Positions 39,438 to 50,600 of a DNA stretch of 63,993 nucleotides are shown here, piece after piece. Position numbers and translations under genes: made by a program. This DNA comes from Gekko japonicus. Its lineage: Eukaryota. The stretch covers positions 1-63,993 of the forward strand of contig NW_015162068.1 of assembly GCF_001447785.1 (NCBI RefSeq). Direction: 5' to 3'. Within the stretch, counting starts at the first letter, position 1. Every line of letters begins with the position of its first letter. The notes under the pieces were generated by a model. It was not told the origin of the DNA. It saw only the letters and a list, made by a program, of their open reading frames with translations, and did not search any database.

Positions 39438-39586
39438 CAGGCCTGTAGCTGCAGTGGGGCATCTCGGGGCCTGGCCCGACTTACTGCCAAGGCTTCCCAT
39501 CCAGGCCAGGCGCTCCCTTGGGGGGGGGGGGTGCCCCTTACTTATTTAAAGGCTCCCCAAATTAAAAAATCCTGGCTACAGGCCTG
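39438..39586. mobile_element. hAT-like MITE (149 bp)
   Basis: TIR CAGGCCTGTAGC / GCTACAGGCCTG; 8-bp TSD CTTGAAGC. Confidence 0.85.
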
Positions 39587-39899
39587 CTTGAAGCTGCCTT
39601 CTCTGAGAGTCAAAGCTTTTAGGTCAGTAACAGAATGTCCTGCAAGATTAAAACGCAATTAAGCTTACTTTACCTGTCTTTTATTGGATTTTGTTTTAAA
39701 GGCCCCTCTCTTTATAACACCCTAATAAAAGCATCAGGCTAACAGACTCGAATGCATTTGATAAAAGTCAACTCTGATTTACAAAACCTTACGCGGGAAT
39801 AAATTTTTGTCATCCTGTAAGGTGCCACTGGACTCGTGTCCTGTTTTATCTTAACAGTACAAAGGAAATTGTTGCTTTTCGTGCTCTTTGAAAGACAAT

Positions 39900-40870
39900 G
39901 CACTTTATGAATGCCATCCGCTGTGGGGCGTGAACAGGGCCGCTCCGTCCTCCTTCGCTAGGCTTTGCACCTCAGTATTTCACTCCCCCCCCCCGTCCTA
40001 TCCCATCCCAACAGACACCAGAGGGTTTCCGTTGCTCTCTTGCCCTTCACCAGCGCAGCCGCAGTAAGGGATGCAACTCATAGGGGGTGGGATTATATTA
40101 GGAGGTTCCTGCGCAGTGGAGACGTTGAGGCTGTCACGTGCCAGACTCTGAACCCGGCTTTAATAGTGCGGCGGCCGCCGGAGGGCAGAGTCTGGCGGGG
40201 ATGCTGTTTCGTCCAACTGTCTCTTTGTAGCTCTGAGGCGGTCATTCCCTCCCCCTTCACTGGTAAGTTGCCACTTTGAGAAAAGCTGCGCGTGCCCGCC
40301 GACCTAAGCAGTTACGGGTGTTTTTGTTTTTGCCAGGGAGGAATTGGTGGTCCTCCTGCAAAGGAAAGGGGGGGAGACCAGCCTTTGGTGGGCAGAGGGA
40401 ACGGACGGACGAGGCACAGGGACGGGCTGGGAAGCCGGAACAGCCCCGCCCTCTTCCACCGTCACGCCCTCCTCCTGATGTAGGGCCAAAGAGCGGGCCG
40501 GAAGGGAGCCGGGCGGGCCTCTCCATGCGTGGGCTGGTGTGCGGTTCACTATGTACGTCCGTTCCTGTTTTTGCTCCGCGCTCGTTGGGGATTTGTTATT
40601 TATGTTTCGGGGCTGAATCGTCGCCCAGATGAATGGCAACCGCAGGCTCGATCCGTATGCTGCAAGTTGCAACATCCATGTCGCTTGGAAGCGCTTCTAA
40701 GTAACTCCTCTCCTCCTCCAGACACTCTTCCTGGAAAAGGGTCACATCCCTCCTTGCCATATAACCAAGGGGGAAAGGGTTAGCTGGTGCAGAGGAAGCC
40801 TAGGCGAGGCCTGCCGAGGGCCCTGGGCCTGGTGAGGCGGCCCCTCCAGAGGAAAGCAGCCGTGGCCATG
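39900..40870 (+). promoter_or_regulatory. IMPA1 CpG island/promoter with non-coding exon 1 (donor after 40262)
   Basis: CpG-dense; strong donor CTG|GTAAGT at 40262/40263; E-box GTCACGTG at 40133-40140. Confidence 0.7.
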
Positions 40871-41500
40871 AGCCCACCAGGACTTTCCCAAGTGGCCTCA
40901 CTCACTAGTCAGTCCACACCTCCCCACTATTCATGCAAAACCAAGGAATTCTAGATATTCTTTCTAGTTTACTAATAGGCGTAAACTTTATGTCATTAAA
41001 GTAAACTGTGAACTGTTAGTACATTGCTGTGTAGGGATATGGTAGATGTTAAGAAATATATGAGTGCTTCCCTGCCTGAGGTGTTTTAAGAGAAGAAAGC
41101 AGATTTATTTCTGTAAAATTTTTTAAAGGCTTTTAAAAGTTCTCTCAGTACTACTGGTAGGTGAGATGTGAATAGGTGATGATCTTCATTACATCAATAG
41201 GTGTTATCCATTAGATATCTTTGATAGTCTTAGCCAAGTTTCATGCAGCAGTGTCAATTACTATTGGCAGAGTAGCTGGGAAAAGGAGAATTCTGTTTTC
41301 CCAGAAGCAAAAATATTGCTATTTTGAGTGCTAGGAAAATTCACCACCCACACAGCAATATACTGGTTTCTCTAGAACAAATACACATCTGCTAACGAGT
41401 TGTGGTACTAGAAACTCATTGGTTGGAAAACATTAGCTTGGTTCAGCTTCAACAACTAACCATGTTTGTCATTACATGAACAAGATTGTGGGATTCTCTG

Positions 41501-41709
41501 GCTTGAGTCCTGATCTGGATGGCCCAGGTTATCCTGATCTTGTCAGATCTCAGAAGCTAAGCAGGGTCAGCCCAGGTTAGTACCAGGACTGGAGACCAAA
41601 ATCTAGGGTTGCTGTGCAGAGGTAGGCAATGGCAAACCATTATCTCTTTCCTTGAAAACCCCGTGGAGTTGCAATAAGTCAGCTGTAACTTGACAGCACT
41701 GTCCACCAC
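41501..41709 (+). mobile_element. 5S rRNA-derived SINE
   Basis: CCTGATCTTGTCAGATCTCAGAAGCTAAGCAGGGTCAGCCCAGGTTAGTAC resembles the 5S box A/IE/C region, followed by a non-5S body. Confidence 0.7.
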
Positions 41710-41912
41710 TGCCAGGAAGATAGCAAATCATATTTTTTTTTCAGATGTCATTTTCTCCAGAGAATCTTCTTGAGACCACTTACAAAGTAGAACATACTAA
41801 AAACAAAAAACACCAGAAATAATAACAATGATAAACTTCTAAAACCTGTGGTTCATCATTGTTACGATTAAACTGTTTCTTAATATATACATTTCATTTT
41901 TCAACATGGCAA

Positions 41913-42135
41913 GAGCCAGTGTGGTGTAGTGCTCAAGAGTGTTGGACTAGGATCTGGGAGACCCAGCTTCAAATCTGGCCTCTGCTGTGGAAGCCTGCTG
42001 GGCTGACCTTGGCCTAATCACACACTCTCAACCCCTTGCAGGGTTGTTGTGATGATAAAATGGAGGAGAGGAGAATGATGTTAGCTGCTGAATGGGTTGC
42101 CCATTGAGGGCAAAGGCGGAGTAGAAATAAAATAG
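41913..42135 (+). mobile_element. tRNA-derived SINE (older Squam3/MIR-like)
   Basis: GTGGTGTAGTG...GACTAGGATCTGGGAGACCCAGCTTCAAATC head; CAGGGTTGTTGTG core. Confidence 0.6.
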
Positions 42136-44555
42136 TAACTGTTCATGGGTTCTTGCCTAAGGATTCTACAATCAATCATTTCTAATAACCCCTCAAAAGC
42201 AACCTCTGTCTTGTTTTTGTCTTTTTGCCAGCCAAAGTTGTTTGGTCTTTTACTTGGTTTGCTTAATGAACTCTTTTTGGCTACCAATTCTCATATGTCT
42301 CCAAGTGTGTGAACATGATTCATTCAGGCAGGTTCCTGCCAATTGCAGGCACCTGTAACATAGGCCTCTCACTATAATTATACAAATTTCCTCTGCACAG
42401 CATCATGCAACATATGGGGAAAGGTGTAGTCCACATTTTGTGGGGGGGCCCTCATTTCACCTTGAAAATCTAGAGTTGAAAAATGTAAAAGCGCTCCTCT
42501 AAATCTGTTCTGCCAAATGACTGTTTAAAGGTTGGTTGTGCTCGGTGATTTTCATCTATGCAAAAGGCGCTTGCAAAAGAAGGTGGAAACAATATGGATG
42601 TTGCTGGCATTAAACAGAAGGCAGCTATGTGTCACCATAGACTTTCAGTGGAGGAGATATGCTGAGATATTCTAAATAGTTAGTATTGATTTCCAGACGC
42701 AAGACTAGACAACCAATCCTGAGAACCAAGCCTTGAAGAGAGTACTTTAAAATTCTTAGACATCCTTTAAAAAAAATGAGGAAGGGGGGGGGGGAAGGAC
42801 TCAGCCCAATATATGACTGTGACATATGAGGGTCAAGCTAACAAAATAAGTTATAATAAAAATACAAATATTTATTAGGGTGTACACATTAGTAAAACTT
42901 AAAATAGGTTAAAATAAATGATCCAGATATCAGACTCTTAAAACTTTTTGCACACAGAACTGGTAGTTTTTCATATACAATTGATGGCTATATCTTATGA
43001 CCCCTTTGGGCCTTCCTCAGTGGTCAATATTACTATTGTAAAATAACACACATCCAGAAATAAATATATGAAAAAAGTTTTTCTTTAGAGCCAGGTATTG
43101 CTTTTACATGTGATGTGCAATTGCTAAGAGGGTGTGGATGCATCTATCCGCAACCTTGGGATAATCCTTGGGTTTATAGATACCGTACATACAAAATGTT
43201 TTAAAAGTAGGTGCTTATCCATTCTTGAGGGGGTGAAAGTAACCCATGTATGTGTCACCAAAAAATCCAAGACCGTGTTTTAAGGCAAGGAACCAACTGG
43301 GAAGAATCTAAGCAAGTGGGCAGGTTGGGAGGGAAACTGGTCACTGGGAATGGTGAGTTGGGGGGAGACTGGCAGTTAAGGGAAGGAATGAATGAATAGA
43401 TGGTTTGGAGGATGGGATCTGTCAGTGGAGTGGGTTACGTAAGGGAGAAACCAGGCAATTAGTCAGGTAAGCAGGAAGGGAAGCAGAGACAGGCAGAGAT
43501 GGGATTTCTAGGGGCCACTTTCTTATTATACTATGTTTGGAAATTAGCAGTAATAGTGCTAAAATATCTTTTTTGTCTAAAACTTGTGTTTTAGTAAGTT
43601 ACGTAATGAACCAAAACATCTTCAGTCTATTTTGAATCATGCCTACTTACACACTTTAACGTATTTTCTGTTTGGGTTTGTAGCCATACTGGGAAGCAAA
43701 CCCCACTGAAAGCTGTGGCGTTTAATTTCAAATCCTGCAGGTTTAAAATCAGAATGATAGGCTGCAGCCCTAAGCTGAAGGTTGCTAAGGTGGAGGAACA
43801 CAACCAGGGCAACAAAATTTGCGGGGTCCTGATCACCGGGGGGGGGGGGGAATCCACACACCCCCGTAAATCATGTAACTTGCTTTCCTATAATGTTTGA
43901 GTTGGTCCTGGGTGGTATGCATGGGGCCCAAGACCAAGGTACATGGTGGCTGTGATTAGTTCTGCTTAAGCATATTCCATGGGACTTCCTTGTGAGTAAA
44001 TATGTTTAGGAGTGTTATGCAATTTGTAGAATTATACAGCTTATTTATTACGTTCTGTCATTTCAGCATTTCTTGAGAAAGTCCGACCAACTGCATTTTA
44101 TGGTTTTATAGGAATGTTTCCCTGATTAAAGAAATTTGATGGTGAGACTGCATGCTATTTCTGCTGCCCTTGTATGTCAACCACGTAGTAGTTTTCCCAT
44201 CTGAACGCTTTAAGAATATTTGCATCCTGACTGTCTGACCAGCCACATACACACACTCAGTTTTACCAGTCCCAGGTGTGCACAAGAGTGCCATCTTGAA
44301 ACAGTGAAACAAAGCAACTCAAGCAAGCTGTGGGAACCAAAAGTGTAGTTAAAGCACCAATAAGGCGACGTAGTATTTTTTTTTCTGGAATTAATTTTAT
44401 CTATAAATTGCGTATTTCAACAGGAATGAATCAAGCTACTAAAGAAAGCAGAGTTTGTCAACATTTTAATCACATAATTTTAAAATTGTATTTTATTGTA
44501 TTATGATATTTTTGTTTCTGTGCATTGTGAAATATGTACTTTTACCTAGGTAACG

Positions 44556-44618
44556 ATGGCTGATCCTTGGCAAGGATGCATGGACTACGCAGTTACTTTA
44601 GCAAGAAAAGCTGGAGAG
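44556..44618 (+). CDS. IMPA1: IMPA1 first coding exon (63 nt CDS)
   Basis: [21 protein letters not shown]; |GTAAGG; acceptor AG ends at 44549. Confidence 0.95.
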
Positions 44619-47600
44619 GTAAGGGAACAAAGTCTGAGTCCTGTGGCATCTTTAAGACCAATAAAGTTTAATTCTGGGTGTAAGCTTTTGTGTGCATGCA
44701 CACCTCTTCGGATGAAAGGAAAGTTTGATTGCAGCTATCATATAATATATCTTGGCATATATATACTTGCCAATTGCAAAGTGCACTATGTTGTTTATCT
44801 GCATTATTAAAGGCCATATTAACTGCTGCTTTCCAAACATTTACATAAAGTATTTCTTTTCAGATAATATGTGAGGCACTGAAGGAGGAAATAGCTGTCA
44901 TGGTTAAAAGCTCTCCTGCAGATCTAGTGACAGTCACTGATCAGAAAGTGGAAAACATGATTATTTCTTCTATAAAAGAAAAATATCCTTCTCACAGGTA
45001 CTGAATATTTATGAACTCAAGTTTTACTTTCAATAAGATGTATCTGAAAAGTATGAATTATTGTGTAGGATGTGCAGATTAACAGAATAAACCAACATCC
45101 TTAAAGTTGCGCTCACTGAAAATTCTAGTTTGCTACTTGCAAACCATTTTCCTACAAATTTTTCCTAGAAACAACATTCTGGGTTGATTTAGCAAACAAT
45201 CTCTTCTACTGCCATGGACTTTTTCCTGCTATTTCTGCTGATTTGTTTAATGACACAGAAAGTTTATATTTTGATTTTGTGGCCTTTCCTCTATTGATTT
45301 TTTTTTTAATTTCCTTTGGTATAACTATATGAAAAAGTTTGCAGTCAGCATTCATTTAACACTTTCTAAAGTGGCAGGATGAGTAAAAAAGAGAGGGTGG
45401 GTCAGATAGCTACAAAAGGCAATGTTACAGCAGCCGGCACTCAGATTTCCGGGTTCTCAAGAAGAAAGGCTACCCTTGATTGTTTGCAGATGCAAATACT
45501 TTGAACCACTATAAGTAATGGTCTAATTACTGAACAGTATAGTCTGGAGCTGTAATGATGCAGTGACCCAACATCTCTTTCTGTCTGTCTGTCTGGAAAA
45601 GGGAGAAAGGATGTCTCTTTGCAGAAACAGCGCAAAAGTGGCTATATAGTTCTATAACATAGTTCTGAGGAATATAAGTATTGTACAAGATCAGAAATGG
45701 TTATGGTGAAAAAGAACAAATCATAGCAAGTCTAGAATTAGCCAGGCGAGGCGCATCTCTGAGCAGTCAGGCATCTGAAGCTGTGAAACTGGTGTCTTGC
45801 TGTCTAACATCTATTTGACTCAGAGCTAAATTGTTAGTGCTATTATCTTTTAGAGTAGAGGCTTGCCCATATGCCTGGATTTACCTGGCATTAAAGCCAA
45901 ATTGTTATTCTTTGCTTTCACGTTTCTTGGAGTAGAATTTAAATTAGTAGTCTGTTAGACAGAGCTTGAAAAAATTGGGACATATTTGCATTGTTTGGAG
46001 CAAAACTGGATCAGTGGTTCAACTATAATTACATGCATACTGTTGGGAGGGCTCTGTTAATGGCGGGAAGGGGATTCTAGTAAAAGGACCCTGACAGGAG
46101 TCATAAAATCAGGTTTTTTTTAAAAAAAGCAAAGTCTTTGAATTATTTAAATTCTTCTGCCATCTCTTGAACATTGTGTTCAAGTTTACACCAGCAGCAA
46201 TCTCTAAACCCAATGAATTAATATCATAAAAAGGGAAATTTATAACTTGCTGAAGCGATAACACGCTTATAATCAGGATGCTCACACAAATCTATGTTGG
46301 GAGATAAGTAGAAAAACAGAAGAAACACATTGGTATATGCTTCAGAGTGCAACCTGATTCTATGATTAGCTTCATACTTTGGTCCAGCCTCTGAGGTTAA
46401 TATGCAGTCTCCTCCACAGCAAGGATGCTTGATGCACCAAGGGAAATGCAGTGAACACCCTTCCCTTGTTGCACATCTCTAAATACGACTGCAACATTTT
46501 ACAGTGGGTCAGAGTAATGCAGGAGGATTTTTGCAAGGTTGATTGGTGGTCTTGATGTTCCTGCCTTCAGCTAGGGCTCAGTGGAGATGCACATGACATA
46601 TCCCAGTTTCAAAGTCCTGATGTCATGTGGAAAGTCCCATGTAGGATTACAAACTGCAATCATCAGAGTACAGTTAGAAGAGACATTTGTATTTTAGCAA
46701 ATTTAGTTGGATGGATCTACTTTTCACTGTATGATCTTATTTAGCAAAGGCAAATCTGACAATTTTAAGTTCCTTATACAATTTCCACAGTAAATTGCTT
46801 AACTGAGCACTTGATTGTTTTTGTTTCATTATTGGCTTTGAGAGTTTACAGAATCTATGGTGGTACAGGCCTGTGTGAATTATTCTTTACATTTCCACAG
46901 CATGACTTTACATTGTCATGGCATATAAGAAATTTGTATGTGCTGGATGAGTGCTGTTTGCTGAAGTTGACTTCACATTTTAGGGGATCTGAGTAGCTCA
47001 TGTGAAAACGACTTGTGTATTATACAGTCTTCCAGACAAACTGTCTTAAACGTTTTTTAATATTTGCTCACTCTAGTTTTATTGGTGAAGAATCTGTTGC
47101 AGCTGGTGCAGGAAGTATTTTAACTGATAATCCCACCTGGATTATTGACCCTATTGATGGAACTACTAACTTTGTTCACAGGTATGTTTCTACATCTCCC
47201 ACTACACATCCTGGAGAAGCAATATTTCCATATCTTATTTTGCCAAATTCAAGCAAGAGGGCTGTGTTGTGGAATGAACTTGGGGTTTCGGGTTTGGTTG
47301 TGAGGTTTTTTTGTTTGTTTTTTTGGCTTCTTCTTCATATGGAGGCACTATTAAGGTTTTCTCAGAGTTGCAAATTTCCATAATTAACACGTGAACAATA
47401 CCTGTACCATTTTTTCTTACAAATTCAAAGACATAATTTTTATACTAAGTGCAATGTATTTATCACTTTTTGTTTTTCAGGTTTCCATTTGTAGCAGTTT
47501 CCATTGGCTTTGTAGTAAATAAAAAGGTAATTAATTGTGTTATTTTAATATTCAGGAAAAAAGTTTCCATCCTAGCTTATTCCCAGAATATAGCTTTTTG

Positions 47601-50600
47601 TGTTTGTTTATTCAAAACACTAAAGCATTGCATTTCCCTGGTGGCAGATGGAATTTGGAGTTGTGTTTAGCTGCGTAGAAGACAAGATGTACACTGCTAG
47701 GAAAGGGAAAGGTGCATTTTGCAATGGGCAGAAGCTCCACGTATCACGACAACAAGGTGAGGCTTTTATATTGCGTTTATTGTTGCTTAATAAAATATGG
47801 CAGGAGGGAGTAACAGAATAATGGGTGCGAAAAGCCATGTTTGGACAAAATACATTTCAGCTGATGGAATCCAGATATCAGCCAAGGAACCGATGGCAGG
47901 AGTGTTCTGCTGGTTTCTAAACTGTCTCTCAGAACTGAGTCTAATAATTAGAACACGACACTACACGGGTTCTTGTCTAGTAGAATGAATTTGCTTTTGC
48001 CTTCTAAGCATCCTAACCTGCAAACTGATTCCTGATTAACTAGTTTTCCTGGCATGTTCCTCTCTTCCTATGATATGAAGGACTGTCCATCTTCAAAAAA
48101 TAATTTTGGGAAAAAATGCATGTCCATTCAGTTGTGTGTTTGTAGCCTCTGCTTTAATAACTGATTCAGTTGAAAAATTCGTGTAGACATGCATGTCATG
48201 ATATCACAGGGACCAGCCACATGACTCTGTACACAGCTAACATCAGGGGCTGACAGGCAGAACAGGTTTCTCTGAGCTTGATCCTGGAGAGGAAATAGCT
48301 TGTGTGAACAAAACACGGTGAATGCAAATTCTGCTGCAGCCTCACTTGTCAGTTTATGTGTGTCTGATTGCAGCCCAACACGAATTTTCAGGACGAGGCA
48401 GTGGGGAAAAATAGGCAAAAGCCTGTGGGACATAACTGATCCTGGATCTGTAAGTCAAATAGGTGCAATATGACTGGTTCTTATTAAGACCCTGTTAGAT
48501 CAGCCATGGTTTCCTCTTCAGGTCCTTGTTGAATGACTAGGCGGATTACAGCAATAACATGTAGCTCACGGCAATCCAGATAAGTATGTCAGCAGGACAA
48601 GCCATATTCTTGACAGCTCTCATGGTATTATGTACAAAATGGAAGTACATTTTGTTGGTACCTTTCTTAGAATGACTGATGGTACTCTTTCATTATTCAT
48701 CTTGTTCTGTTTGAACAACTAGCAAAAGTAAATCAAAATTAAGTATACAGTAGATGCCTTTATTTTTGCATTTTCCCCCCAGATATTACAAAAGCACTCA
48801 TAGTGTCTGAGCTGGGATCAAATCGTGAACCAGAGGTTTTAAAAACTGTTCTTTCTAATATGCAAAGGCTTCTCAGCATTCCTATACATGGGTATGTAAT
48901 CTTTTTTGTTCTTTTTAAAAAAATCTAAGTTGTACTTAGCATTATATTTTTAGTGGTGCTGTCTTAAGCATCTTCACACCTTTCTAAGCCCATTGAACTC
49001 AAGGGGCGTAACTGTGTTTACAATAACACAGCAAACTGCAGGGCCGGCTCCAGGGTTTTTTGTACTCTAGGCAAGACCACCTTCTGCCCCCCCCCCCCCG
49101 CGCGCCCACCAATTATGGGGTTGCCAACATCCAGGCAGGGCCTGCAGTGAAGGAAGTCCAACTGCTGAACGTGCACCACACACATACACACACAGAGTGG
49201 ATCAGACTACCTCCGGAGGTGGTGGATGCTCCTGAATTCCAGGTATTTCCCAACCTGGAGCTGGCAACCGTGCACAGAAACTCTGTCCATTCTTTGCTTT
49301 GATGCGGAGAGAGCGTGCACGCAGTTGGGCTTGCTGAATGTCTCTAACCCGACCTAACCTAGTGGCCACCAGTGCATCCAGTGATGGTGAGTTCCGCAGG
49401 TTACTGATGCCGCGGGAGAAGACGCCTGTTCCAATCCTAATCCACTGCCAGTCAACTGCAGGGGCTGCCTCATCATCTGCCAGTCCTAAGGGGCGGATTC
49501 AAACACTGCCGCAAAAGATCTCCGCTGTGCATTGCACCTGATGTCAAGGGCGTAGACTTTCCAATTTCCCGGTGATGTGGGGAGACCCAGGTTTGTATTC
49601 TCACTCTGCTGGCTGAGTGACCCCGGGCCAAATCTCCCCTTCTCTACCTAACCTACCCCACAGGGTTGTTGTGAGGATGAAATGGAGACTCATGGGCAGG
49701 GTCCCCAGCTTCCCTGGCAGGAACACTATGTTAAGAAATCTCTCACAATTATGCAGCCATAGCAGGCAGGAGGGAAGGAGGCGAATACCTCCAGCGCCAG
49801 AGACTTGTAGGGGAAGAGTCAAACTTTGGGGACTCACCCGTGCACCAGAGGGCCAAGGCAGCAGGAGGCAAAAAGCCTGGGCAAGCTGGGCTCCTCCATG
49901 CCTGGCAGAAGATGAGGTGCAGAGGCGAGAGGTGGGCAAGCAGAAGAGGCACTCAGCCAGCCGCACAAGCTGCGTGCAAAGAAACTCCTGCGCTTTTGGT
50001 TTTGCTTTTTGCCAATCCGTCTCCCAAGATTGCGAAAGCGGCGGCAGCCATAACTTTTTAAAGAGCCCCTAAGGACAGCTGGGAGAGCCAGAATGACCTC
50101 TTGCGCGAGAGGTGGAATTTGCCCTGACGACTCCAAGGCCACCACCCCAGGGCTCAGGGAGGCAAAGGAACGCTTCACCCCGCCCCCGCAGGCATCGCAG
50201 CCGCTGCTGAGAACAGCAGCGGTGGCAATAACTTTTTAAAGAGCCCTTAACAAGAGCTGGGGGAGCCAGAATGACCTCTCACGCGAGAGGTGGAATTTGC
50301 CCCTACAAGTCTAAGGCCACCATCCCGGAGTAGGGAGAACGTTTCGCCCCGCCCCCCTCCCGCCCCCTCGGGAGTGCATGCCTGCCTTTCCAAAGGAGCC
50401 TGGTTGTCTTCGGAGGAAGTAGCTGGGCGGGAAGGGGCAGCGGACTCCGCTTGGAGACCTCGGGCTGGTTTCAGGAGGCAGGGAGCATCTGAGCGTTTTG
50501 GAGAAAGCCCAGCACTTTCTTCAGAGGAGGGTGCTGGGGGGGAAGAAAGGGGACTAAAGGAGGCACTGCTTGGAAACCTTGGAGGCTATCCACCGGTCCC

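Noticed and set aside
39965-40783. Several 100-120 aa ORFs
   Set aside because: GC-rich CpG island with few stop codons; no recognisable protein.
42990-43030. Second hammerhead (CTGAGGA-GGCCC-AAAG-GGGTC on the minus strand)
   Set aside because: The GAAA box is missing; a decayed relic at best.
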